Positions 9,515-18,931 of a stretch of DNA of 64,000 bases are shown here, in pieces. The DNA is taken from contig JAVJSW010000001.1 in the NCBI GenBank assembly GCA_040219255.1, forward strand, positions 32,001-96,000. Direction: 5' to 3'. The stretch's first letter is position 1; every line of letters starts with the position of its first letter. Under the pieces are notes generated by a model that ran no database searches, was not told the origin of the DNA, and saw only the letters and a program-made list of their open reading frames with translations. Position numbers and translations under genes: made by a program. This DNA comes from Sumerlaeia bacterium (GTDB lineage: Bacteria; Sumerlaeota; Sumerlaeia; SLMS01; JAHLLQ01).

Positions 9515-11026
9515 CTATTCGACCTTCGTGGACACCGAGATGGCCAGTTCGTGGATTTTGTTGAAGAGCGTTTTGTAGGACACGCCGAGTTGCTTGGCGG
9601 CTTCCGCTTTGTTACCGCCGCAAACCTTGAGGGCGCGGATGACGGCGCCGCGCTGGGCGTCGGCGGCGACGTCGCTCAGGTTGCGCACGGCTTCGTCTTC
9701 CGTGCCGAGGTTCACGATCATCTGGTGCTCGCCAATGATGGGACCAAAGGAGCTGGGAGCGCCGCCGGGGACTTCGGACTTTTTCATGCCCACGGCGCGC
9801 ATCGGGGAAATCAGGGCCGCCGGTTCCTGCATGACGATGGCCTGCTCCACGGCGTTTTGCAGTTCCCGGATGTTGCCGGCCCAGGGCCGTTGAGACGCCG
9901 CCTGGATCAATTCAGTGGCGAATTCCGGCTCCGGCATGCGGTGTTTCGCGGCGAAGCGCCGGGCGAAGTGCTGGATCAGGCGCGGGATGTCGGACTGGCG
10001 TTCGCGCAGGGGCGGCAGGTGAATCGGAATCACGTTGAGGCGATAATAGAGGTCCTCGCGGAAGGAACCCTCCTCGATGGCCTTCTTCAAGTCGCGGTTC
10101 GTGGCGGCGATGATGCGCACGTCGGTCTTGATCTGCTTGTCGCCGCCGACGCGCTGGAAGGTTTGGTCTTGCAGGACGCGCAGGAACTTGACCTGGAGGT
10201 CGAGGGGCATTTCGCCGATTTCGTCGAGGAACAGGGTTCCGCCGCTGGCCAGCTCGAACTTGCCTTTCTGCAAGGCGTGGGCGCCGGTGAAAGCGCCGCG
10301 TTCGTGGCCGAAGAATTCGCTCTCCAGCAGATTTTCCGGCAGCGCCCCGCAATTCACCGCCACGAAGGGCTGATCGCGGCGGTCGCCGTTGTAGTGGATC
10401 GCTTGGGCCACCAGTTCCTTGCCGGTGCCCGATTCGCCGGTAATCAGGGCGCTGGTCTTCAGGCTCGCGATGCGGCGGATGATGTCGAAAATATCGGTCA
10501 GGCTGTCGTCGTTGCCGATGATGGGCAGGGGTTTGTTGTCTGGCCCGAGGAAGATGTGGTCGGGCTGCTGGGGCAGGAGGACGGGGTTACTGAGTTCGGC
10601 GCGGGTCAGCAGGTCGCGGCTCTCGTGGGCGCGGCGGACAGCGCTGCGGATGCGTTTGTTGTCGAAGGGCTTGACCACGAAATCGGTGGCGCCGGCGCGC
10701 ATGGCCTTCACCGCGGCGTCGATGGTGCCATAGGCCGTCATGATGATGACGGCGGTGCGGACGTCGCGCTTGCGGAGCTGCTCGATGACCTGGAAGCCAT
10801 CCATCCCCGGCATGGAGAGGTCGAGGACGGTGACCGGCAGGGGCACCTCCGCCTCCTCGTGGGCGCGCAGCGCTTCCTCGCCGTTGCTGGCGGTGAGGAC
10901 CTGCCAGCCATCGTCCTCGAGGACGTCGGTGAGAAGCTGGCGCAGGTTTTTCTCGTCGTCGCAGACCAGGACGCGGCGAACGTCGGCGGCGGTTTCGGCG
11001 GGGGCAACGGGGGCGGCGGAAGTCAT
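9515..11026 (-). CDS. Sigma-54-dependent response regulator (NtrC/AtoC family: REC-AAA+-HTH)
   Basis: DDE...LDLSMP...TAYG...KPF receiver; GESGTGKE, GAFTGA, LFLDEIG, FREDLYYRL, GNIREL; Fis-type HTH. Confidence 0.96.
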   Translation of the reverse strand: MTSAAPVAPAETAADVRRVLVCDDEKNLRQLLTDVLEDDGWQVLTASNGEEALRAHEEAEVPLPVTVLDLSMPGMDGFQVIEQLRKRDVRTAVIIMTAYGTIDAAVKAMRAGATDFVVKPFDNKRIRSAVRRAHESRDLLTRAELSNPVLLPQQPDHIFLGPDNKPLPIIGNDDSLTDIFDIIRRIASLKTSALITGESGTGKELVAQAIHYNGDRRDQPFVAVNCGALPENLLESEFFGHERGAFTGAHALQKGKFELASGGTLFLDEIGEMPLDLQVKFLRVLQDQTFQRVGGDKQIKTDVRIIAATNRDLKKAIEEGSFREDLYYRLNVIPIHLPPLRERQSDIPRLIQHFARRFAAKHRMPEPEFATELIQAASQRPWAGNIRELQNAVEQAIVMQEPAALISPMRAVGMKKSEVPGGAPSSFGPIIGEHQMIVNLGTEDEAVRNLSDVAADAQRGAVIRALKVCGGNKAEAAKQLGVSYKTLFNKIHELAISVSTKVE

Positions 11027-11341
11027 GGCGGAGGCCTTTTATTCAGAGGTGGCTTTTTGAGGAAATCCGTGAGGAAGCATAAGCGTTAAACGCTGGAAGG
11101 CCACGTCTCATTGCATTTCTAGAAAAAAATTCTTGGCCACGCGAGGGGTTTGACGGAGGTGGTGGGTAATTTTTTACAGGGGTGGGGAGGAAAAATCCAG
11201 GGGCAACCGAGAGGCGTAATCCGCCCTGGAACCATACTCCACGGACCCCTCCAGAATTCGTGGCGGAGACACATTTGTCTTGTCAGGAGCGGATCGTGAG
11301 GGAGGTTTAGCACATCTCAAGATCCAACTATTTTCGGACAA

Positions 11342-13129
11342 TTGCTGATGAATTCCAAAATTCTCTCCTGCGCTCTGTCGAGCGCACTGCTGATTCCTTC
11401 TTGCCTAATGGCCCAATGGCCCGGCTTCGCGACCCGGGTTCTCTATTCCACAGCCAACGATCCCACGGATATCGTGACGGCCGATTTCGATGGTGATGGA
11501 ATCCTGGATATCGCGACGGCCGACGCCGCGCTGTCGAATGTGAGCGTACGACTCGGCGATGGAGACGGGACCTTTGGGGGCCGCGCGAACTTTGCCACCA
11601 TCAACCTGCCGGTCTCGATATTCGCCGCCGATTTGGACGGGGATGACATCCTCGATCTGGTCACCGCCAACAACTCACAGGACGTTCTGTGCATCCTGAT
11701 CGGCAACGGCGATGGCACATTCCAGTCCTATTATACGGTGGCCACGGGGAATCTGGCGGCCGATGTGCAGGCTGGCGATTTCGACGGCGACCTGGTGATG
11801 GATCTGGCAATCGTCAATCAAACCGACAACGACATTTCCATCCGGCTCGGCAATGGTGACGGGACCTTCGGCGCAGCCACAGACTATGCGACCCAGACAA
11901 CACCGAGGCGGCTTTTCATCGCCGAACTGAGCGGCGACTCTGACCTGGATATCGCGGTTTCCAACGAAGTCGGAGACAGCGTGTCCGTCTTCATCGGCAA
12001 TGGCGATGGAACCTTCGCGAACGCCGTGAACTATTCCACCGGCAACCGCCCCTGGAATGTGCACGCGGCCGATCTGAATGGCGACGGCTTGCGGGACTTG
12101 ATCCTGCCACTGGTCGATCCCGACACCGTTTCTATCCTGCTGAACAATGGCGGCGGTGTCTTCGGAGCACCGACGACTTACTCCACCGGCAATGGTCCAC
12201 AGGGCGTTGACGCGGCGGACTTTGACGGCGATGGCAATTTGGACGTGGCGGTGGCGGTCGGCAGCGCCTCGTCGGTGTCGGTGCTCCTGGGCAACGGCAA
12301 CGGAACGTTGCAGGCCGCGCAGACCTTCGCCTCCGGAGCCTCCGGGCCACAGAACCTGGCGGTTGGCGATTTCGACGCCGATGGCTCAATCGATTTGGCT
12401 TCGGCCAATTCAGGCTTTGCCGATACATTTTCGATCTACATCAACCTGGCCGAGCCCAGCCTGGATTACTCGCCAGCTTCTCTCGCATTTGGTGGGATTG
12501 AACTCGGCACCGGACCCAGCACCGAGACCATGGTTCTGACCAATGATGGCTCGGCGCTGCTCATCACGACAGCGACCTTGACCAACGATGGCGGGGGCGT
12601 TTTCGCGCTGAGCGAGGTTCCCGTGTCTCCACTGACGGCGGGGTCCACCACCACTCTGGCAGTCACTTTCGACCCCGATGGTCTCACCACCTACACGGGG
12701 CAAGTGACCCTGGAAACGAATCTCGCGAGCAGCCCGACGATCACGTTGGCGATCTCTGGCGAGGGCATCGACACGATGCCTCCGAGTACTCAAATCACAG
12801 GGCCTTCTTCCGGCACCCTGACCCAGCCTTCGCCCACCTTCGATGTCACCTGGACCGGTGACGACACGCCCGGCGGCAGTGGTCTGGCGACGGTAGAGCT
12901 GTTCTATAACTTCAGCGCCGCCAAGGGTGCGCCGCTCACCAGCTATGGCGTCTTCGCCAGTTCCCCGATCGTTTTCGACACCGGCACCACCGGCGGCGAC
13001 GGCACCTACGAACTCTTCCTGGCGGGGACAGACGCCGCCGGAAACACGGAGCCGGTGACGGCCTCGGCGGAAGTGATCGTCACCTTCAACGATACGAGCG
13101 GCGTGGGCGGCTGGGACCAGTTGGAGTAA
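11342..13129 (+). CDS. Secreted FG-GAP/VCBS-repeat beta-propeller protein with Ig-like (choice-of-anchor D-like) domains
   Basis: Signal peptide, seven xDFDGDGxxD-type / GNGDGTF repeats, SPASLAFG...LTNDG...VTFDP...ISGEG Ig-like domain, tail TSGVGGWDQLE. Start may be the ATG at 11348. Confidence 0.88.
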   Translation: MLMNSKILSCALSSALLIPSCLMAQWPGFATRVLYSTANDPTDIVTADFDGDGILDIATADAALSNVSVRLGDGDGTFGGRANFATINLPVSIFAADLDGDDILDLVTANNSQDVLCILIGNGDGTFQSYYTVATGNLAADVQAGDFDGDLVMDLAIVNQTDNDISIRLGNGDGTFGAATDYATQTTPRRLFIAELSGDSDLDIAVSNEVGDSVSVFIGNGDGTFANAVNYSTGNRPWNVHAADLNGDGLRDLILPLVDPDTVSILLNNGGGVFGAPTTYSTGNGPQGVDAADFDGDGNLDVAVAVGSASSVSVLLGNGNGTLQAAQTFASGASGPQNLAVGDFDADGSIDLASANSGFADTFSIYINLAEPSLDYSPASLAFGGIELGTGPSTETMVLTNDGSALLITTATLTNDGGGVFALSEVPVSPLTAGSTTTLAVTFDPDGLTTYTGQVTLETNLASSPTITLAISGEGIDTMPPSTQITGPSSGTLTQPSPTFDVTWTGDDTPGGSGLATVELFYNFSAAKGAPLTSYGVFASSPIVFDTGTTGGDGTYELFLAGTDAAGNTEPVTASAEVIVTFNDTSGVGGWDQLE

Positions 13130-13289
13130 ATCGGATCGCGTCCAATGTCCGAACATTTTTGATGCCTCGCGAGGGCGCTGCTTGCGCCGCGGGGGCGAGG
13201 AGGCGTAAGTGGCTGACTCTCTCGCTGCGGCTTGCTCCTGGGGGCATGCGCGCGGCGTTGTACCTGTGACTTAGAAGGAACCTCTCTCC

Positions 13290-14237
13290 ATGCCTGATTT
13301 GATCTCAATCGCGGATTTGACCCGTTCGGACGCGGAGGACCTGTTGAAATTGGCCGCGAAGCTCAAGGCCGAGTGGCACGCGAGCCTGTCGGCCAACAAG
13401 GCTCAGAAGCCCCACCTGGCGGGCAAGACTCTCGCCATGATTTTCGAAAAGCCCAGCCTGCGGACCCGCTGCTCGTTCGAAGCCGGCATGTTCCAGCTCG
13501 GCGGCACGGCCATTAACCTCAACGCCAGCGAAGTCGGCCGCCTCGGCGAGCGCGAGTCCATCAGCGACACGGCGCGCAACCTGTCGCGCTGGGTCCAGAT
13601 CATCCAGGCCCGCGTCTTCGCCCACAAGAGCGTCGAAGAGCTGGCCGAGTGGTCCGACGCGCCGGTCATCAACGGCCTCTCGGATTTCGAGCACCCGACC
13701 CAGATCATGGCCGATTACCTGACCATCCGCGAGCACCGGGCGAATTTCACCGACGGCCTGCGCCTGGCCTGGGTCGGCGACGGCAACAACGTGGCCCACT
13801 CGCTGATGATGATGGCGTGCATTTTTGGCCACGAAATGCACCTGGCCGTACCGGCGGGCTACGACCCGGCGGACCGCGCCTGGAGCCTGTGCGAGAAGCT
13901 GAACCCGAAAGCCCGCGACCTGATCCGCGTCTTCCGCGATCCCAAGGAAGCGGTCAAGGGCGCCCACGTCCTCTACACCGACGTGTGGGCCTCGATGGGC
14001 CAGGAAGCGGAGAAGGAAAAGCGCGCCAAAGCCTTCGAGGGCTTCCAGATCAACGACGCCCTCCTCGACCTCGCCGAGCCCGGCGCCTTCGCCATGCACG
14101 ACCTGCCCGCCAAGCGCGGCCTGGAAATCACCGACGAAGTCATCGACGGCGACCGCAATGCGATCTTCGATCAGGCGGAAAACCGCATGCACACGATCAA
14201 AGCGGCGCTGTGCTGGTGCCTCGGGCTGGGGGGCTGA
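13290..14237 (+). CDS. argF: Ornithine carbamoyltransferase
   Basis: FEKPSLRT, INGLS, HPTQ, GDGNNVA, DVWASMGQE, HDLP and QAENR motifs. Confidence 0.93.
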   Translation: MPDLISIADLTRSDAEDLLKLAAKLKAEWHASLSANKAQKPHLAGKTLAMIFEKPSLRTRCSFEAGMFQLGGTAINLNASEVGRLGERESISDTARNLSRWVQIIQARVFAHKSVEELAEWSDAPVINGLSDFEHPTQIMADYLTIREHRANFTDGLRLAWVGDGNNVAHSLMMMACIFGHEMHLAVPAGYDPADRAWSLCEKLNPKARDLIRVFRDPKEAVKGAHVLYTDVWASMGQEAEKEKRAKAFEGFQINDALLDLAEPGAFAMHDLPAKRGLEITDEVIDGDRNAIFDQAENRMHTIKAALCWCLGLGG

Positions 14238-14257
14238 GGCGACTCTTCCGCAAAGAA

Positions 14258-14287
14258 TCACCACGGAGACGCGGAGGCACGGAGAAG
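14258..14287 (+). repeat. Dispersed intergenic CACCAC(A/G)GAG-type repeat, copy 1
   Basis: tcaccacggagacgcggaggcacggagaag; a related copy lies on the minus strand at 41907-41937. Confidence 0.6.
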
Positions 14288-14361
14288 CTTCCCGCAAGAG
14301 AGGTGGCGCAAGACCGCTTCCGCTGTGTTCAAGGATTGCCTTGCCGGGGCGCCTTCTCGGC

Positions 14362-14970
14362 CTATGGCGTTGCGGCGGCGAGGGCGGAGTCGAGATCGGG
14401 ATACGGAGCCAGGACCTCGCCGCTGGCGAAGGTGATGCGTTCGACTTCGCAACAGACCGTGAATTCGTCTGGGTTCAGCCGGGTGAAGTCTTCGAATGGA
14501 ATGGGGTCTTGCAGTCCGCTGTAGGGAAACGAGAAGTGGATCGGTTCTCCCACCGGAAAAGGCCGCAGGACTTCGTGGTAAGCAAGCGGGCGCCCGGTGA
14601 AATCGAACACCATCGTGGGGCTGTTCGGATCGGATGAACTCAGAAGGAACCGGCCGCTGATTTCCCGAATGGGTTCCTTGCTCCCATTTCTCAATTCCAC
14701 TGTGATGTAAAGATTGTCGCCCGGGGGATTGAGTCCCCGGAGTTGGGTCATTTCTTCAACTGCCGTAACGCGGGCGCTGACCAGCGCGGCGAGGAACGCG
14801 CGTCGCCGGGCGTTGATCTTCTCGAGGGAAGGGACAGCGGCTTGCGAGGCGGGGGCTTCGCCTACGGCGGTAGGAGCGGGTGGAGGGCTCTGCTTTGCGA
14901 GCACAATAAAAACCACGGATGCACCGAGGGCAGTAGACACGGCGAAAAGAGCGGCAAGACGTCGTTTCAT
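14362..14970 (-). CDS. Hypothetical protein with N-terminal signal/anchor
   Basis: MKRR plus a hydrophobic helix, Pro/Ala linker, beta-rich domain. GGAGG RBS upstream. Confidence 0.7.
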   Translation of the reverse strand: MKRRLAALFAVSTALGASVVFIVLAKQSPPPAPTAVGEAPASQAAVPSLEKINARRRAFLAALVSARVTAVEEMTQLRGLNPPGDNLYITVELRNGSKEPIREISGRFLLSSSDPNSPTMVFDFTGRPLAYHEVLRPFPVGEPIHFSFPYSGLQDPIPFEDFTRLNPDEFTVCCEVERITFASGEVLAPYPDLDSALAAATP

Positions 14971-15166
14971 GGTTGGCCCTCCCGTAGATGAGCAGGAGAA
15001 TGGAGGGTGAACCAGTGGTGCTGGGCCGTCAATCCGATCCGGGCTGACGCGGAAGGCGGATCGGTGGCGGGCATTTTCCGCGTGACCCTGCCGCCGGGCG
15101 CGTGACAGGACTTCGGCGCATTTTCTTGGCGCCCGGCCCGAACCGAGGGCTGGCGGGGAGTTTTGG

Positions 15167-18100
15167 ATGGATCAGGTGCTTCAACCGCTCTGGTGGCTCG
15201 AAGGGTGGGCCATGGGCCTTGGCTGGTGGCTGGTACTGGCGCTTTGGACGGTGCTGGCGCTGCCGCTGGCGCTGCGGGTGTTCCGGGGCTTGGCGGATCA
15301 GGGCGCCGGCCTGGCCCCGGGATTCGCCATCGCGGCGGTCAGCGCCTTGGCCTGGCTGATGAGCCTGCGGTGGTTCACTGACCCGACGGCGGCCAAGGTG
15401 CGGCTGCTCCTCCTGGTGGTGGCGGGCGGAGCGCTGGCGGCGCTGTTCTGGAAACGCAAAGCCATCCCACACGCCCCGGCCTATCTGGCGGTGGCCGGCG
15501 TGGTGGCGTTCTGCGCGTTCCTCCATCTGCCGCACGGTTTCCTGACAGTCTGGCTGGGGGCGCTGATGCTGGGGGGCCTGAGCGTCCTGGCCTGGTGGGG
15601 CGAGCTGGGGACCCTGATGCGGCGCTGGCGCCAGGTGCGCGTGCCGTTCCTCGTCTCGCAGATCGTTCTGCTGCTGGGCTTCGCGTTCTTTGTGCAGGTG
15701 CGGGCGATCATCCCATGGGCGACCTTCGACCCGGGCGAGTCGGGCGCCGAGAAGTTCGGCAACCTGACCCACCTGAACGCGGTGATGATGGCGAGCAGCC
15801 TGCCGCCGAGCGACCCCTGGTTCCACGGCCAGCCAACCAACTACTACTACGGCGGGCACCTGGTGGTGGCGACCATCGCCAAGGCGACTTTCACCGACAC
15901 AGGCGAGGCGTTCAATTTGGGGCTGGCGACGATTTTCGCCCTGACGCTTTGCCTGGGCTTTTCGCTGACCTACAACATGGTGCATTGCCTGCCGAGGCCC
16001 CGCTTGGGCGCCGTGCGATGGAGCCATGGGTTGGGCTGGGGCATGCTGGGGGCGCTCGCCATCGGGATGTTCGGGAACCTGGACGCGGTGCAGCAGGCGA
16101 TGGTTCGCAAGAGCGACGCCATCGAGCGCACGATCCGGACCGATTTCGAGCGCGAGTTGAAGCGCCAGCAGATGGTGGACGAGGAAGCCCTGACGGCGGC
16201 GGAGGCGGCGGCCCTGCCGAACCGCGAGGTGGATCGGCAGTTCATCGAAGCCTTTCCCGATCCGCAGAAGCAGCGCGAGTTGGCGGAGGCGCGGACGGAG
16301 CCGCTGGCGGAGGAGTTGGCGCGTGCGAGTCAGGGGGCGCTGATGCCCCAGTTTTCGGCGACATCGCTGGCCATGACCGATTTCTGGCGCAGCAGCCGCA
16401 CCTATAAGTCTTCGCCCCCGGGGATGAACCAGAGCGGCACGGTGACGGAGTTCCCTTACTTCAGCGCGATCCTGGGCGATCTGCATCCGCATCATATGGC
16501 GCTGCCGTTCACGCTGCTGGTGCTGTCGGCGATGGTATCGCTTTTGAGGAAAGCGCGCCGGTTCATCCCCACGCCGACCGATAGCGATTGGTGGCGCCGG
16601 TGCGCGATCGACGTGTGCGCCATGGGTTTGGGCATCGGATTTGTTTTCCCGGTGAATATCTGGGATGCGGTCGTGCTGGCGCCGGCGATCGGTCTGGTGC
16701 TGCTTGTGGCGGTGTACCGGGTGGGGCCGTTCCTGGAGCGAATGGAGCGTGACCTCTGGGGCGCGGTGGCGTTTGCCGGATTTGGAATTCTGCTGTCGCT
16801 GGGGTTGGCGCTTGTGCTGAACGCGCGGGCGGAGGCGGTGCCGGTATTCACGGTGGCGCCGCTGTGGTTGCTGGCGGTGGTGGCGGTCGTGGTGGCACTG
16901 GGGGTCTTTCCGCTGGGCAGTTTGTACGGCATCGCCCTTTTCGTGGGGGCGGTGTTCCTGGTTTGCGGCGGAGGATTCGCGGCAGGCATCTCCGCCGAAT
17001 CCAACGGCCTGCTGATCGGCGCCCGCGATGGGTTGCTGTTCATTGGCGTGATGGTGGCGGCCGCGCTTCTGACGGGCGAATTCTCGACCCGGCGCCGGGG
17101 GCGCATGCGGCCGATGGACGGCGTCCGGCGCTTCGCTCTGGCCGGTTCGGCGTACGCCCTTTGCGGCGGCCTGGCGCTGCTGACGATTCTGCCCTTCAAA
17201 GCCTACTTCGCTTCGCCCGTCGCCAAGACCGAGCCGATCATGGCCTCGGTGCTGCCGCCGGTGCCCGATCCCGGCTTGATGGAGAGCGGTGTGCGACTGA
17301 TGGACGAGTTCTGGAAGCGGTCGGCCATCAACCCCTTCCCCGCGAACCTGCGGACCGAGTTGAGGGATTACCTCGTGTACTGGGGATTGTTCCTGGTGCC
17401 GGTGATGGCGTTGATTCTGGTCCGGTTGTTTCGCGGCGCGCGCCGGGTGAACGGTGGCGTGGCCTTCGCCGCCTTTGGCGGGTTGATGGCGCTGTTCGCC
17501 TACACGCGCCACGCGCTGACGACATGGACCGGGCCGGTGGCGTTGGCGTTGCTGGCGGTGTCGCTGGTTATGGCGTTCCGCAAAGGCTCCCGCGCCCGCG
17601 ACGAAGCGCCCGTCTGGGCCTTCCTCGCGGTGGCGTTTTTCTTCCAGTGGTTCGTCGAGGGCCTGCACTTCGACGACAACATGAGCGGCGTCAACGAGCG
17701 CTACAACACGGTCTTCAAGATCATTTATCCGCTATGGCCGATGATGGCGGTGGCGGCGATTTTCGCGCTGGCGGGGCTGGGCCGATGGCTGACGAATCGC
17801 GCAGCGGGTTCGCGTGAAGGCGACGATTCGCTCCGCGGCCGCCTGACCGATCCCTATCTGGCGGGCGGGGTCTTCGGCGGGCTGGTCGCCGTGCCGTGGA
17901 TTCTGGGGGTGCTTGGCATGGGCGCGATTCAGGGGTTCTGGTATCTGCTCTGTGTCGTGGTGGCGGTGATCGTGATGGCGGCGCTCGCCCTGCAAGTCTT
18001 CGTTCCCGGCCTCAAGAGCGGCAACGGAGCGCTGGGCTGGCTGGCGCTGGTGGCGAGGACTTCGCCCGCGTGGCTGCTGGCGGCGGCGATGCTGCTGCTG

Positions 18101-18931
18101 GGAATGGTGTATCCCTATGGCGCCACGGCGAACCGGACGAACGATATGCAGGCCGGCGGTGCGCCGTTCTGGGTGCAGGAAAACGAGCGGGCGCGCTGGG
18201 AGGAAAAGACCCTGGACGCGATCGCTTACATGAAGGTCAAGGAGCGGGGCCGCTTTGCCGGCGACGCGGAAGCCATCGCCTTTGTCCGAGAAGAAATCCC
18301 CCGCGGCAGCGTTATCCTGGAAGCCCCCGGCATCGAACCCTACGGCCCCGGCGGGCGATTCGCCGCCACCACCGGGCGCCCGACGCTGATGGGCTGGATG
18401 CACCATGAACTGCAATGGCGCGGCTGGGGCATCCCGGCCCAGGCCCACCTGATCGAACGCTATGGAGCCCGGTTCAACGTCGACGAACTCGGGGTGCGGG
18501 AGGCCGTCAGGACGGCCCTCGGCGGCGGAGGCTACGACGCGGAAGTGGTCGCGAAGGTCAAGCGCCTCGCGACGCTGCCCGAAAAAGACCGTGAGAACGG
18601 TCTGGAGGAATCCTTTCCGGAGTTCGACGAGGACAAGCGCGAGCGCATCCTCGAAAACCTGAAGGACGCCAAGCGCCCCACAATGGTCGAACTGGGAGGC
18701 AAACTCTCGCAGGACGCCACGGACATCTATCAGGCGGAGACGCTGCCGCGCGATCTGATGGAATTCTACGGCATCGATTACGTGGTGGTGGGGGCGCTGG
18801 AGCGCGAGCGCTACACGGAGCGGCAACTCGAGAAGTTCGAGGCGCTGGAAAAAGTCTTCGAGCAGAAAAACGAGCAAGGGCTGCCGGTGAAAAACGGGAC
18901 CGCGATTTACCGCGTGGGAGGTGAGCAATGA
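15167..18931 (+). CDS. DUF2298 / Chlor_Arch_YYY-type GT-C-fold membrane protein (putative glycosyltransferase)
   Basis: EKF...LPPSDPWFHG..NYYYGGH, WRSSR, TEFPYFS..LGDLHPH, RYNTVFK, PTLMGW..HE.QWR and YVVVGALER motifs; many TM helices. Confidence 0.88.
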   Translation: MDQVLQPLWWLEGWAMGLGWWLVLALWTVLALPLALRVFRGLADQGAGLAPGFAIAAVSALAWLMSLRWFTDPTAAKVRLLLLVVAGGALAALFWKRKAIPHAPAYLAVAGVVAFCAFLHLPHGFLTVWLGALMLGGLSVLAWWGELGTLMRRWRQVRVPFLVSQIVLLLGFAFFVQVRAIIPWATFDPGESGAEKFGNLTHLNAVMMASSLPPSDPWFHGQPTNYYYGGHLVVATIAKATFTDTGEAFNLGLATIFALTLCLGFSLTYNMVHCLPRPRLGAVRWSHGLGWGMLGALAIGMFGNLDAVQQAMVRKSDAIERTIRTDFERELKRQQMVDEEALTAAEAAALPNREVDRQFIEAFPDPQKQRELAEARTEPLAEELARASQGALMPQFSATSLAMTDFWRSSRTYKSSPPGMNQSGTVTEFPYFSAILGDLHPHHMALPFTLLVLSAMVSLLRKARRFIPTPTDSDWWRRCAIDVCAMGLGIGFVFPVNIWDAVVLAPAIGLVLLVAVYRVGPFLERMERDLWGAVAFAGFGILLSLGLALVLNARAEAVPVFTVAPLWLLAVVAVVVALGVFPLGSLYGIALFVGAVFLVCGGGFAAGISAESNGLLIGARDGLLFIGVMVAAALLTGEFSTRRRGRMRPMDGVRRFALAGSAYALCGGLALLTILPFKAYFASPVAKTEPIMASVLPPVPDPGLMESGVRLMDEFWKRSAINPFPANLRTELRDYLVYWGLFLVPVMALILVRLFRGARRVNGGVAFAAFGGLMALFAYTRHALTTWTGPVALALLAVSLVMAFRKGSRARDEAPVWAFLAVAFFFQWFVEGLHFDDNMSGVNERYNTVFKIIYPLWPMMAVAAIFALAGLGRWLTNRAAGSREGDDSLRGRLTDPYLAGGVFGGLVAVPWILGVLGMGAIQGFWYLLCVVVAVIVMAALALQVFVPGLKSGNGALGWLALVARTSPAWLLAAAMLLLGMVYPYGATANRTNDMQAGGAPFWVQENERARWEEKTLDAIAYMKVKERGRFAGDAEAIAFVREEIPRGSVILEAPGIEPYGPGGRFAATTGRPTLMGWMHHELQWRGWGIPAQAHLIERYGARFNVDELGVREAVRTALGGGGYDAEVVAKVKRLATLPEKDRENGLEESFPEFDEDKRERILENLKDAKRPTMVELGGKLSQDATDIYQAETLPRDLMEFYGIDYVVVGALERERYTERQLEKFEALEKVFEQKNEQGLPVKNGTAIYRVGGEQ

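Noticed and set aside
11095-11116. Possible sigma-54 site near the NtrC-family gene
   Set aside because: GG-to-GC spacing is 12 nt rather than the required 10.
11450-12450. Recurring DNA repeats in the FG-GAP and flotillin genes as a CRISPR or tandem array
   Set aside because: They are degenerate protein-coding repeats; no constant repeat-spacer pattern and no cas genes.
13290-14237. SLRT and HDLP variants suggesting an acetyl- or succinyl-ornithine transcarbamylase
   Set aside because: The ornithine-binding DxxxSMG loop is intact, which supports an ordinary OTCase.
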